Part shown: positions 50,585-59,720 of the stretch, piece after piece | How the letters are laid out: each line of letters opens with the position of its first letter | Position numbering within the stretch: position 1 is the first letter of the stretch | DNA from: Rhizobium sp. Q54 | GTDB taxonomy: Bacteria; Pseudomonadota; Alphaproteobacteria; Rhizobiales; Rhizobiaceae | NCBI GenBank assembly: GCA_943370615.1 | Contig: CALRRQ020000010.1 | Coordinates: 30,553 to 94,552 of the forward strand | Direction of reading: 5' to 3' | DNA: 64,000 nt | Program-made: the position numbers and the translations under genes | The notes under the pieces: model-generated | Database searches by the model: none | Seen by the model: the letters and a program-made list of their open reading frames with translations, nothing else | What the model was told of the DNA's origin: nothing

Positions 50585-50687
50585 GCGCGGGCTGCGTTCA
50601 GCCTCACGCCGCAATCATTTTTCTTTCGTGCGTCTGTCATCGATCCCGCTTATCGTCGGCGAAAATCGACGGATTCGGGAGAACTTC

Positions 50688-51653
50688 ATGTCCAGGCTGC
50701 TGTCCGCAATGCTAATCTCGACGGCGCTCGCCGGCGCACCGGCTCTGGCCGCCGACGCGCCGACCGAGCTTACGGTCATGAGCTTCAACATCTGGGGCGG
50801 CGGCGCCAACGAGGAGAAGGACGTCTCCGAGACGGCCGCCGTGATCCGCGCCGCCGGCGCCGACATCATCGGCATCCAGGAGACCAAGCCTGAACCCGAC
50901 GTTTGCGATGCGGACGACTGCGTGCCGACCGGCCCGAGCGTCGCCAGGGAACTCGCCAAGGCGCTGGGCTTCCACTACTACGATCAGACGAAGACCAACC
51001 CGGCGCTCTGGGCCAACGCGATCATCAGCCGCTACCCGATCGGCAAGCCGACCGACAATGATCTCGGCGCGGAAATCGACGTCAACGGCCGCAAGGTCTA
51101 CGCCTTCAACATCCACCTCACCGACTTCCCCTACCAGCCCTACCAGCTGCTTGGCATCGACTACGGCCCGGCGCCCTTCCTGAAGACCGCCGACGAAGCC
51201 GTGGCTACGGCCACCAAGGCGCGCGGCCCGGCGCTCGATCTGGTGATGAAGGACATGAAACAGGCCGAGGGCGCCGACGCTCTCTTCCTTTTCGGCGATT
51301 TCAACGAGCCGTCCTATCGCGACTGGACCGACGCGGCCGTCAAGGCCGGCAACCAGCCGATGGCGGTGAAATACCCGTCTGCGCTGAGGATCGAGCAGGA
51401 GGCCGGCATGACGGATCTGCTGCGCGCCGTCCATCCCGACGAAGTGGCGAAGCCCGCCTTCACCTGGACGCCGACGTCCGAGCCGACCGCCAAGGATGAC
51501 CACCACGACCGGATCGACTACGTCTTCGGCCGCAGCGCCAAGCTGGAAACGCTGAGCGTCTCCGTGGTCGGCGAAAAGAAGCCAGAGGCCAACATCGTCG
51601 TCACGCCATGGCCGTCCGATCACCGCGCGGTGGTCGCGAAGGTCCGTTTCTAG
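50688..51653 (+). CDS. Secreted endonuclease/exonuclease/phosphatase (EEP) family protein
   Basis: Signal peptide and motifs MSFNIW, IGIQE, GDFNEPS, RIDYVF and PSDHRAV. Confidence 0.88.
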   Translation: MSRLLSAMLISTALAGAPALAADAPTELTVMSFNIWGGGANEEKDVSETAAVIRAAGADIIGIQETKPEPDVCDADDCVPTGPSVARELAKALGFHYYDQTKTNPALWANAIISRYPIGKPTDNDLGAEIDVNGRKVYAFNIHLTDFPYQPYQLLGIDYGPAPFLKTADEAVATATKARGPALDLVMKDMKQAEGADALFLFGDFNEPSYRDWTDAAVKAGNQPMAVKYPSALRIEQEAGMTDLLRAVHPDEVAKPAFTWTPTSEPTAKDDHHDRIDYVFGRSAKLETLSVSVVGEKKPEANIVVTPWPSDHRAVVAKVRF

Positions 51654-52060
51654 GCGGCGAAGAACACGACATAGCCGGCATAGAGGCCGTTGGCCACCAG
51701 CAGGCAGAAGACGGCGAACGAGCCGAGGTCCTTGGCATTGCGGCCGACCGTCGAGATTTCCGGCGAGATCCGGTCGACCAGTTCCTCGATCGCCGTATTG
51801 ACCGCCTCGACGCAGAACAGCACCAGCATCAGGATGATGAAGGTGACGAATTCGCCAAGCGTGGCACCGACATAGGCAAACAGCCCCAGGCCGATGACCA
51901 GCGCCAGCAATTCGTGGCGAAACGCCGCCTCGCCGACCAGCCGGCGAAAGCCCTGGAAGGAATAGCGACCGGCCGCGAAGAAATGGGCGACGCCCGTCTT
52001 CTTCTCGATCGCCGCCGCGGCCTTGGCCGCGGCTTTCTTGTCGCGCGCGTCGTTAGCCAT
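51650..52060 (-). CDS. dgkA: Diacylglycerol kinase
   Basis: Motifs EAAFRHE and EAVNTAIEELVDRISPE..AKDLGSFAV. Confidence 0.93.
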   Translation of the reverse strand: MANDARDKKAAAKAAAAIEKKTGVAHFFAAGRYSFQGFRRLVGEAAFRHELLALVIGLGLFAYVGATLGEFVTFIILMLVLFCVEAVNTAIEELVDRISPEISTVGRNAKDLGSFAVFCLLVANGLYAGYVVFFAA

Positions 52061-53075
52061 CGGACTTCGTGGATACCCCGGCGCTCTGGAAGGTCGCCAT
52101 GCCGGAATGGCAGGCGGCAGCCGCCTTGACGATGCCGGCGGCGAGCGCGGCACCCGTGCCCTCGCCGAGCCGCATGCCGAGCGCCAGGAGCGGCGTCTTG
52201 CCGAGCTTTTCGATCGCCTTCAGATGGCCCGGCTCGCCGGACACGTGGCCGATCAGGCAGTGGTCGAGTGCCGACGGATTGGCGGCCTTGAGGATGGCCG
52301 CAGCCGAGGTCGCGACATAACCGTCGATCAGCACGGGGATCTTCTGCATGCGGCAGGCGAGGATGGCACCGGCCATGGCGGCGATCTCACGCCCGCCGAG
52401 GCGGCGGAGAATCTCCAGCGGATCGCCGAGATGGTCCTGGTGGAATTCGACGGCGGTCTTGACCGCATCGATCTTGCGCTTCAGTACCTCGCCTTCCGAT
52501 CCGGTGCCGGGACCGACCCATTCCTCGGCGGTGCCGCCATAGAGTGCCAGATTGATCGCGGCGGCGATCGTCGTATTGCCGATGCCCATTTCGCCGAGGC
52601 AAAGCAGGTCCGTGCCGCCGGCGATCGCTTCCATGCCGAAAGCCATGGTGGCGGCGCAGTCGCGCTCGGAGAGGGCTGCCTCGCAGGTGATGTCGCCGGT
52701 CGGATAGTCGAGCGCCAGGTCGAAGATCTTCAGCCCGAGATCATAGGTCGCGCAGATCTGGTTGATCGCGGCCCCGCCGGCGGCGAAGTTCTCGACCATC
52801 TGCTGCGTCACCGACGACGGATAGGGCGTGATGCCGTGGCGGGTCACGCCGTGATTGCCGGCGAAGATGGCGACCAGCGGACGCGTGACGGCCGGCGGAC
52901 GGCCGGTCCAGGCGGCGAGCCAGAAGGCGATCTCCTCGAGCCGGCCGAGCGCACCGGCCGGCTTGGTCAGCTGCCGGTCACGCTCGCGCGCCGCCACCAG
53001 CGCAGCCGTGTCCGGACCGGGGAGGTCACGCAACAGCGCGCGGAAATCGTCGAATGGCAGGCCGGTCACGGTCAT
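52053..53075 (-). CDS. cobT: Nicotinate-nucleotide-dimethylbenzimidazole phosphoribosyltransferase
   Basis: Motifs LTKPAGALGRLE, FAGNHGV, GEMGIGNTT, GGREIAA and LGMRLGEGTGA. Confidence 0.94.
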   Translation of the reverse strand: MTVTGLPFDDFRALLRDLPGPDTAALVAARERDRQLTKPAGALGRLEEIAFWLAAWTGRPPAVTRPLVAIFAGNHGVTRHGITPYPSSVTQQMVENFAAGGAAINQICATYDLGLKIFDLALDYPTGDITCEAALSERDCAATMAFGMEAIAGGTDLLCLGEMGIGNTTIAAAINLALYGGTAEEWVGPGTGSEGEVLKRKIDAVKTAVEFHQDHLGDPLEILRRLGGREIAAMAGAILACRMQKIPVLIDGYVATSAAAILKAANPSALDHCLIGHVSGEPGHLKAIEKLGKTPLLALGMRLGEGTGAALAAGIVKAAAACHSGMATFQSAGVSTKSDG

Positions 53076-53204
53076 GAGCAAGGCTTCCTTGTAATCTGCG
53101 TCGAAATCGGGCTTTGTTGGCTCCTCTAATACGGACCGCGCCCTGCCGCAACAAGCCAAAAAACGGTGCCGGCCGTCGTCTTTGCAATGGAGTGAACCGA
53201 TCCC

Positions 53205-53987
53205 ATGGATTGGCGTGCCTATCTGACCGACACCGCCCGGGCGGTCTCCTTCCTCAGCCGGATCACAGTGCCGGCCCGCGTCTTCGAGGGCCATGACGGC
53301 AGCCTGTCGCGCGGCGTCAGGGCCTTTCCGCTGGCCGGTCTGGTGATCGCCCTGCCGGCGGCGGCAACGCTTGGCCTCATGCTCGTGCTCGACGCGAGCC
53401 CCCTGCTTGCCGCCTTTGCCGCGCTTGCCGTGCAGGCGGTCGTCACCGGCGCGCTGCATGAGGACGGCCTGTCGGACGCCGCCGACGGCATGGGCGGCGG
53501 GCGCGACCGCGAGCATGCGCTGGCGATCATGAAGGACAGCCGCATCGGCTCCTATGGGGCCGTTGCCCTGGTCATCGCCTATGGGCTGCGCGCCGCGGCG
53601 ATCGCCGAATTGGCCACGCACCTTAGCCCCCTCGCCGCTTCGCTTTGCCTATTGGCCGTCGCCGCGCTCAGCCGCGCGCTGATTGTGTGGCACTGGTCGG
53701 CCCTGCCTCCGGCTCGCAGCGGCGGACTGGCGGTCGCGGCCGGCGCACCGCTCAAGTCCTCGCTCCATCTGGCGCTGATCTCGGGCCTTGCCATCGCGGC
53801 AGCACTGGTCATCCCGGCAGTCTCGCTGTTTTCCTATTTTCTCGCCGTGCCTGTCGCTGCCCTCGCCGCTGCGGCTTTCACCGCCAAGGTCCGCAGCGTA
53901 CTCGCCGGCCATACCGGCGATACGATCGGGGCCACCCAGCAGGTGGCGGAGATCGCGGCACTCGCCGCCCTTGCCATGGCCAGTTGA
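53205..53987 (+). CDS. cobS: Adenosylcobinamide-GDP ribazoletransferase (cobalamin synthase)
   Basis: Motifs TGALHEDGLSDAADG, IMKDSRIGSYG and GHTGDTIGA. Confidence 0.94.
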   Translation: MDWRAYLTDTARAVSFLSRITVPARVFEGHDGSLSRGVRAFPLAGLVIALPAAATLGLMLVLDASPLLAAFAALAVQAVVTGALHEDGLSDAADGMGGGRDREHALAIMKDSRIGSYGAVALVIAYGLRAAAIAELATHLSPLAASLCLLAVAALSRALIVWHWSALPPARSGGLAVAAGAPLKSSLHLALISGLAIAAALVIPAVSLFSYFLAVPVAALAAAAFTAKVRSVLAGHTGDTIGATQQVAEIAALAALAMAS

Positions 53988-54026
53988 GGATCCGATATAG
54001 TTCCGAGCGCAATCAAGGTCCGCCCG

Positions 54027-54248
54027 ATGGAATCACCCTGCATTCTCGTCTGCTCGATCGATGACAAGACCGGCTACTGTTTCGGCTGCGGTCGAACCCG
54101 CGACGAGATCGGCGCCTGGACGAGCTATACCGACGCCGAGCGCCGCGCGATCATGGAGGCCCTGCCCGCGCGTCTCGAGACCGTCGAGCGCAAGCCGCGC
54201 CGCGAGACCCGCCGCAGCCGCATGGCCAGGGAGCGGGAGGCCAACTGA
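54027..54248 (+). CDS. DUF1289 family small Cys-rich protein
   Basis: SPCILVC..TGYCFGCGRTRDEIGAW. Confidence 0.85.
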   Translation: MESPCILVCSIDDKTGYCFGCGRTRDEIGAWTSYTDAERRAIMEALPARLETVERKPRRETRRSRMAREREAN

Positions 54249-54946
54249 TGCGGCTGATCATCGTTCTTGCCATTCTCGGCTTCGGCCTCGCCGTGCTCGT
54301 CGTCAACCATGACAGCGGACAGAGCTTCGGCATGGCCAACGAGGATTTCGGCAGCCTCATCCGCCTGCTGCCCTTCGCCGCCCTGCTGTCGGTCGGCCTC
54401 ATCGCCTCGCGCCGCTCGCTCGGCGAAAGCGCCCGGCAGCTCGCCGTCTGGCTGCTGATCATGCTGGCGCTCGTCACCGGCTATCTCTACCGCATGGAAT
54501 TGCAGGCGATCGGAGACCGGCTGCTGGCAGGCCTCATCCCCGGGCGTGCCGTCGTCGTCACCACCAGCGAGGGCACGGCGGAAGTCATCCTGCACAAGTC
54601 TCTCGGCGGCCATTTCGAGACCTCGGTCGACGTCAACGGCGTATCGGTCCCGGTGCTGATCGACACCGGCGCCAGCGCCGTGGCGCTGCGCTACGAGGAT
54701 GCCATGCGCATCGGTATCGATCCCGCAGACCTCGCCTTCTCCCAGACGATCCTGACAGCGAACGGCCGGGCCATGGCGGCGCCGGTCCGACTGCGGCAGG
54801 TGGCCCTTGGCCCGATCCTGCGCGAAGGCATCCAGGCCGCCGTGATCGAGCAGGGTCAGCTCGACCAGAGCCTGCTCGGCATGAGCTTCCTGTCGACGCT
54901 CGGCTCGCTGCAGATGCAGAGCGACGAACTGCGCCTGCGCGACTGA
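54248..54946 (+). CDS. Membrane-anchored clan AA aspartic protease (TIGR02281 type)
   Basis: Motifs GGHF, LIDTGASAV, TANG and SLLGMSFL. Confidence 0.9.
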   Translation: MRLIIVLAILGFGLAVLVVNHDSGQSFGMANEDFGSLIRLLPFAALLSVGLIASRRSLGESARQLAVWLLIMLALVTGYLYRMELQAIGDRLLAGLIPGRAVVVTTSEGTAEVILHKSLGGHFETSVDVNGVSVPVLIDTGASAVALRYEDAMRIGIDPADLAFSQTILTANGRAMAAPVRLRQVALGPILREGIQAAVIEQGQLDQSLLGMSFLSTLGSLQMQSDELRLRD

Positions 54947-54953
54947 ACGGGGA

Positions 54954-55715
54954 TCAGGCGCGCAGCTTGTAGCCGGTGCGGAACACCCAGGCGAGAAAGC
55001 CGAGACAGATGGCGAGGAACAGGCCGATCATGCCGAGGCTGATCAGCGGATGCACGTCCGACACCTCGAAGAAGCTCCAGCGGAAGCCGCTCACCAGATA
55101 AAGCACCGGGTTGAAATGGCTGACCGTCTGCCAGAACGGCGGCAGCACGCTCACCGAGTAGAAGGTGCCGCCGAGGAAGGTCAGCGGCGGAACGACCAGC
55201 ATCGGCACCATGCTCAGCTGTTCGAAATTCTTCGCCCAGATGCCGATGATGAAGCCGGCCAGGCTGAAGGCGATCGCGGTCAGCAGCATGAAGAACAGCA
55301 TCAGGACCGGATGATCGATGCGCAGGTCGACGAAGAAGGCCGCGGTGGCGAGAATGATCAGCCCGATGATCATGCCCTTGGTCGCCGCCGCGCCGACATA
55401 GCCGATGAGGATTTCCGTCATGGCGATCGGCGCCGAGAGGATCTCGTAGATCGTGCCGGTGAATTTCGGGAAATAGATGCCGCTCGAACCGTTCGAAACG
55501 CACTGGGTGATCAGCGTCAGCATGATCAATCCCGGAGTGATGAAGCCGCCATAACCTACACCGTCTACCGGCTCCATGCGCGAGCCGACGGCGGCACCGA
55601 AGACGATGAAGTAGAGCGCCGTGGTGATGACCGGCGAGACCACGCTCTGCAGCAGGGTGCGGCGCGTGCGCGCCATTTCGTAGTAGTAGATCGCCTTGAT
55701 CGCTTCGAAATTCAT
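54954..55715 (-). CDS. ABC-2 type permease (YadH-like)
   Basis: Motifs [29 protein letters not shown] and [10 protein letters not shown]. Confidence 0.9.
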   Translation of the reverse strand: MNFEAIKAIYYYEMARTRRTLLQSVVSPVITTALYFIVFGAAVGSRMEPVDGVGYGGFITPGLIMLTLITQCVSNGSSGIYFPKFTGTIYEILSAPIAMTEILIGYVGAAATKGMIIGLIILATAAFFVDLRIDHPVLMLFFMLLTAIAFSLAGFIIGIWAKNFEQLSMVPMLVVPPLTFLGGTFYSVSVLPPFWQTVSHFNPVLYLVSGFRWSFFEVSDVHPLISLGMIGLFLAICLGFLAWVFRTGYKLRA

Positions 55716-56638
55716 CTGCCTTCTCCGATCAGGGAAACGAAAATGTCCTCCAGCGAGGTCTGGTGGGTCGACAGGTCGGCAAAACCGATGCCGGCCGCCT
55801 CGACCGCTGCCAGGAGCCGCGCGATGCCGCCGTGATTGCTCTCGTCGTCATACTGGTAGATCAACTGCCCGCCGTTCTCCGACAGCTGGAGGTTCCAGGC
55901 GGACAGCGCCGCGGGTATCTCGCCGATCGGTTCGCGCAGCTCGATGCTCAGCTGCTTGCCGCCGAGCTTGCGCATCAGCGTGTCCTTGTCCTCGACCAGC
56001 ATCAGTCGGCCGCGGTCGATGATGCCGATGCGGTCGGCGATCTCCTGCGCTTCCTCGATATAGTGCGTGGTGAGGATGATGGTCACGCCCCCTTCGCGGA
56101 GGCGCCGCACCAGTTGCCACATGTCCTTGCGCAGGCTGACGTCGACGCCCGCTGTCGGCTCGTCGAGAAACAGGATGCGCGGCTCGTGCGACAGTGCCTT
56201 GGCGATCAGCACGCGGCGCTTCATGCCGCCCGACAGTTCGCGCAGCGCATTGTTGCGCTTCTCGAACAGCGTCAGTTCGCGCAGCAGCTTGTCGATATGC
56301 TCCGGCGCCGGCTTCTTGCCGTTCAGGCCGCGGGAGAAGCTGACCGTGTTGACCACGGTCTCGAACATGTCGGTGGTCAGTTCCTGCGGCACGAGGCCGA
56401 TCAGGCCACGGGTCTTGCGGAAGTCGCGCACCACGTCATGGCCGTCCACCGTAACCGAGCCTTCGCTCGGATTGGCGATGCCGCAGATGATTGAGATCAG
56501 CGTCGTCTTGCCCGCGCCGTTCGGGCCGAGCAGGGCCAGGATCTCGCCCTCCTCGATGTCGAGCGACACGTTGTCGAGCGCCTTGAACCCGTTGGCATAG
56601 GTCTTGGAAAGGGATTTTACGGAAACGATGGGGGCCAT
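55712..56638 (-). CDS. ABC transporter ATP-binding protein (YadG-like)
   Basis: Walker [10 protein letters not shown], signature LSGGMKRR and Walker B ILFLDEP. Confidence 0.93.
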   Translation of the reverse strand: MAPIVSVKSLSKTYANGFKALDNVSLDIEEGEILALLGPNGAGKTTLISIICGIANPSEGSVTVDGHDVVRDFRKTRGLIGLVPQELTTDMFETVVNTVSFSRGLNGKKPAPEHIDKLLRELTLFEKRNNALRELSGGMKRRVLIAKALSHEPRILFLDEPTAGVDVSLRKDMWQLVRRLREGGVTIILTTHYIEEAQEIADRIGIIDRGRLMLVEDKDTLMRKLGGKQLSIELREPIGEIPAALSAWNLQLSENGGQLIYQYDDESNHGGIARLLAAVEAAGIGFADLSTHQTSLEDIFVSLIGEGR

Positions 56639-56748
56639 GGCCGGAGACTCCGGATGGGAGGAAGATGGTCAGCCCTATATAGGCAGCGCTTCGGCGATTG
56701 CCAGCGCCCCGTCCCACCTCCGGCGGAAATCAGAACGGCACCAGGCCC

Positions 56749-58086
56749 TCAGCCGCCGGTCGCCAGCATGCGAAGCAGCGTATTGTCGGAATAGACCCGG
56801 TTGCGGCCATAGCGCTTGGCCAGATAGAGGAACTGGTCGGCCGCGTTGAGGTAGTTGCTGAAGTTCTCCAACCCCGCCACTTCCGCAACCCCGATCGAGG
56901 CGGTGACCGCGATGTCGGTATCGTCGAGCGCGACGCGCAATTCGGCGACGCAGCGGCGCACCGTCTCGCAAAAGGCGCTGGCATCCTCGCAATCCATGCC
57001 AGTCAGCAGGATACCGAACTCCTCGCCGCCGAGCCGCGCCAAAAGATAGTCGCTGTCTTCCACCAGGCTCGAAAGCCGCGTGGCGACGGCCTTCAGCACC
57101 CGGTCGCCGATCTCGTGGCCATAGGTGTCGTTGAGCTGCTTGAAATGGTCGATGTCGAGCATCGCCATGCTGCAGGCCTCGCCCCGTTCGAGGCAGCTCG
57201 CGACGCGGGCCGGCCCCTCGTCGAAGAAATGGCGGCGGTTGCGCAGGCCGGTGAGATAGTCGCTGAAGGCCGCGAGCCGCAGCTGGCGCATCTGCGACAG
57301 CGTCTCGATATTGTGGCCGATACGGCACTGCAGTTCCTCGACCACGAAGGGCCGATAGACGAAGTCGTTGGCGCCGGCCTTGAGGAAGCTCGCCGACAAG
57401 AGACGGTCGGCCGAGGAAGAAATGCCGATGATCCGCAGCCGGTCGGAGCCGTGTTCGCGGCGGATGCGGCGGGTCAGCTCGTAGCCGTCCATGTCCGGCA
57501 TGTTGTAGTCGGTGATCACCATGTCGATGCCGGGATGACGCACCAGCATGTCGAGGGCTTCGCTCCCCGTCGTCGCCTCGAAGACCTGGAACTGCTGCAC
57601 CTTGAGCAGGTCGCTCAGCATCTTGCGCGCCGAGGCCACGTCGTCGACCACCAGCACCCGCACATGGCGGTTGGAGAGAACGCGCTCGACGGCCGAGACG
57701 ACCATGTCGACGGCACGCTCGTTGTTCTTGATGACATAATCGGCCACGCCGCGCTCGACCAGCCGCTCGCGCATGTGGCGGTTGAAATCGGCGGTGAAGA
57801 CGACCGCCGGAATGCCCATCGCCACGACTTCGTCGAGGATCTGGCCGTCGGGCGAATCGGGAAGGTTGAGATCGACCACCGCCGCATCGAAGGGCGGGTC
57901 CGTCTCCTCTGCCGCCTCGTGGAACGCCTTGGTCGACGCGCAATGCGTGACCTTGAGCCCGTGCTCCTTCTCGAAGCGATGGCAGAGCAAGGAGGAAAAG
58001 GTGCGGGAATCCTCGATCACCAGCACATGCGCACGTTTGCGCGAGGTGGATTGAGGTCCGGGTGACGGTTCGCTCGGCAGTGACAT
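56749..58086 (-). CDS. REC-REC-GGDEF diguanylate cyclase
   Basis: Two receiver domains (VVDLNLP and ITDYNMP), then DIDHFKQLNDTYGHEIGD and ARLGGEEF. Confidence 0.92.
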   Translation of the reverse strand: MSLPSEPSPGPQSTSRKRAHVLVIEDSRTFSSLLCHRFEKEHGLKVTHCASTKAFHEAAEETDPPFDAAVVDLNLPDSPDGQILDEVVAMGIPAVVFTADFNRHMRERLVERGVADYVIKNNERAVDMVVSAVERVLSNRHVRVLVVDDVASARKMLSDLLKVQQFQVFEATTGSEALDMLVRHPGIDMVITDYNMPDMDGYELTRRIRREHGSDRLRIIGISSSADRLLSASFLKAGANDFVYRPFVVEELQCRIGHNIETLSQMRQLRLAAFSDYLTGLRNRRHFFDEGPARVASCLERGEACSMAMLDIDHFKQLNDTYGHEIGDRVLKAVATRLSSLVEDSDYLLARLGGEEFGILLTGMDCEDASAFCETVRRCVAELRVALDDTDIAVTASIGVAEVAGLENFSNYLNAADQFLYLAKRYGRNRVYSDNTLLRMLATGG

Positions 58087-58146
58087 TGTATTTGCCTTCG
58101 AAAATCAGTCGGTTTTCAAAAAAATAAATGCAGAGAACAGGCAACC

Positions 58147-58176
58147 GCCGATCCGGGGTCTTCTCCCCGGATCGGC
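58147..58176. other. Perfect 12-bp hairpin between the two REC genes
   Basis: GCCGATCCGGGG-TCTTCT-CCCCGGATCGGC, with no downstream U-tract on the transcribed minus strand. Confidence 0.6.
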
Positions 58177-58207
58177 AAAATTCGACGATTTTTCCCGGTC
58201 CGGCGGC

Positions 58208-59029
58208 TTATCTGCGCGCCGTGGCCGCCTTGATCTGCACGAGCGTGTCGAGGTTCTGGTTGACGCGGCAGTAGAACTCTTCGTCGATGAACGGACGCAG
58301 CATGAAGTCGTTCCCGCCGACCTTCAGGAAGCGGGCCGACAGCAGGCGGTTGGTCGAGGACGAAACGCCGATGATGCGGAGCTCGTGGCTGCCGCGCGCG
58401 CCGCGGATGCGCCGCGTCAGCTCGAAGCCGTCGATGTCGGGCATGTTGTAGTCCGTCACCACGAGGCCGATATCAGGATTGGCCTTGAGGATCTCGAGCG
58501 CCTTGGCGCCGCTTTCGGCGGTGCTGACGCGGAAATTGTAACGCTTCAGGCGGCTGGAGAGCAGCGCCCGGGCCGTCGGGCTGTCGTCGACGATCAGCAC
58601 GTGGTGGCGGTGGTTGGTCAGGAAGCGGTAGACCGACTCGCCGAGCATCTCGACGGCGAAGATATTATCCTTGAGGATGTAGTCGACGATGTCCTTGGCG
58701 AGCAGCTTCTCGCGGGTCTGCTCCTGGAAGGTGCCGGTAAAGACGACGACCGGGATGTTCTGGTCGATCAGATATTCGAGCGCCTCGCCGTTCTCCGCGC
58801 CGGGCAGGTTGATGTTCGAGATCGCCAGCGTGACGGCCTCGTCCGACAGCTCGTTGGCGGCCTGCAGGTCCTCGAAGGTTCTGCAGATTTCGACATTGAT
58901 GCCGAACAGCTCCCTCATGCGCGTGCTGATCATGGAGGTGAAGACGTTCGAATCCTCGGCAACAATGATTCGAACATCGGGAAAAGTTTCTCCGGAATAT
59001 TGCATTCCGGAAATGCCTAGAAAAGCCAT
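58208..59029 (-). CDS. Tandem REC-REC response regulator with no output domain
   Basis: REC1 has AISNINLP (Asn at the phospho-Asp position) and REC2 has VTDYNMP. It is paralogous to the N-terminal part of the downstream DGC. Confidence 0.88.
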   Translation of the reverse strand: MAFLGISGMQYSGETFPDVRIIVAEDSNVFTSMISTRMRELFGINVEICRTFEDLQAANELSDEAVTLAISNINLPGAENGEALEYLIDQNIPVVVFTGTFQEQTREKLLAKDIVDYILKDNIFAVEMLGESVYRFLTNHRHHVLIVDDSPTARALLSSRLKRYNFRVSTAESGAKALEILKANPDIGLVVTDYNMPDIDGFELTRRIRGARGSHELRIIGVSSSTNRLLSARFLKVGGNDFMLRPFIDEEFYCRVNQNLDTLVQIKAATARR

Positions 59030-59277
59030 GACGCGCCTTCAACCTGAGAGAACTATTGGCAATTTAGCCTGTGCGGCTTGCAGATCCGTTAATCGACGAT
59101 ACGCGATCGAAACATGCGAAGATTAATTCGCCATAAAAGCGGCTGCGTCACTTCTGCCCCTTTTTGACGATTGCTTGGTCTTTATCCGGCCGAAGACAAG
59201 ATGCCGCATCCTGATGGCGAAGTCCGGTGCCTTGCCCGGTTGCCCATCTGCCCGTTGCTCTGTTCTGCACACGCAAA

Positions 59278-59301
59278 AGCGCCCGGACCTGGCCGGGCGC
59301 T
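59278..59301 (-). terminator. Probable terminator of the small secreted-protein gene
   Basis: AGCGCCCGG-ACCTGG-CCGGGCGCT, followed by T residues on the minus strand. Confidence 0.55.
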
Positions 59302-59337
59302 GTGTACTGACGATTCGGTCTGCGGATTGAGAGCCGG

Positions 59338-59601
59338 CTACTTGACGGTGGCCGCGCCGTCCTTGATCTCGACGGTCTCGCCACCCTCCAGGCCGATGCG
59401 GTCGCCGTTCGGCAGGGTAAGGAAGCAGCCCGACGGGCAGATGGTCTCGGAGGCGCCGGCATCGATCGCAACTTCCGTGCGGTTACCGTCTTCGACGACG
59501 GTCAAGACGACGGCGCTCGAGCCGGCATTGGATATCGACGCGGCCCAGGCACCGCTCGTCGCGCCGAAAAGGACCACTGTGGCTGCCAGAAACTTGATCA
59601 T
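59338..59601 (-). CDS. Small secreted hypothetical protein
   Basis: Signal peptide MIKFLAATVVLFGATSGAWA and a beta-rich mature part containing CPSGC. Confidence 0.7.
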   Translation of the reverse strand: MIKFLAATVVLFGATSGAWAASISNAGSSAVVLTVVEDGNRTEVAIDAGASETICPSGCFLTLPNGDRIGLEGGETVEIKDGAATVK

Positions 59602-59720
59602 TGCGCATTCGGCGCTTTCTGCGCCGCCCTCTCGTTTTGCCCGTCCGCCGACTGTTGCCGGTCGATCAGGCATGCCCCTCTTCTAATATGCATCCCCTGA
59701 ACGCCTGCTGAACGTGCCGT

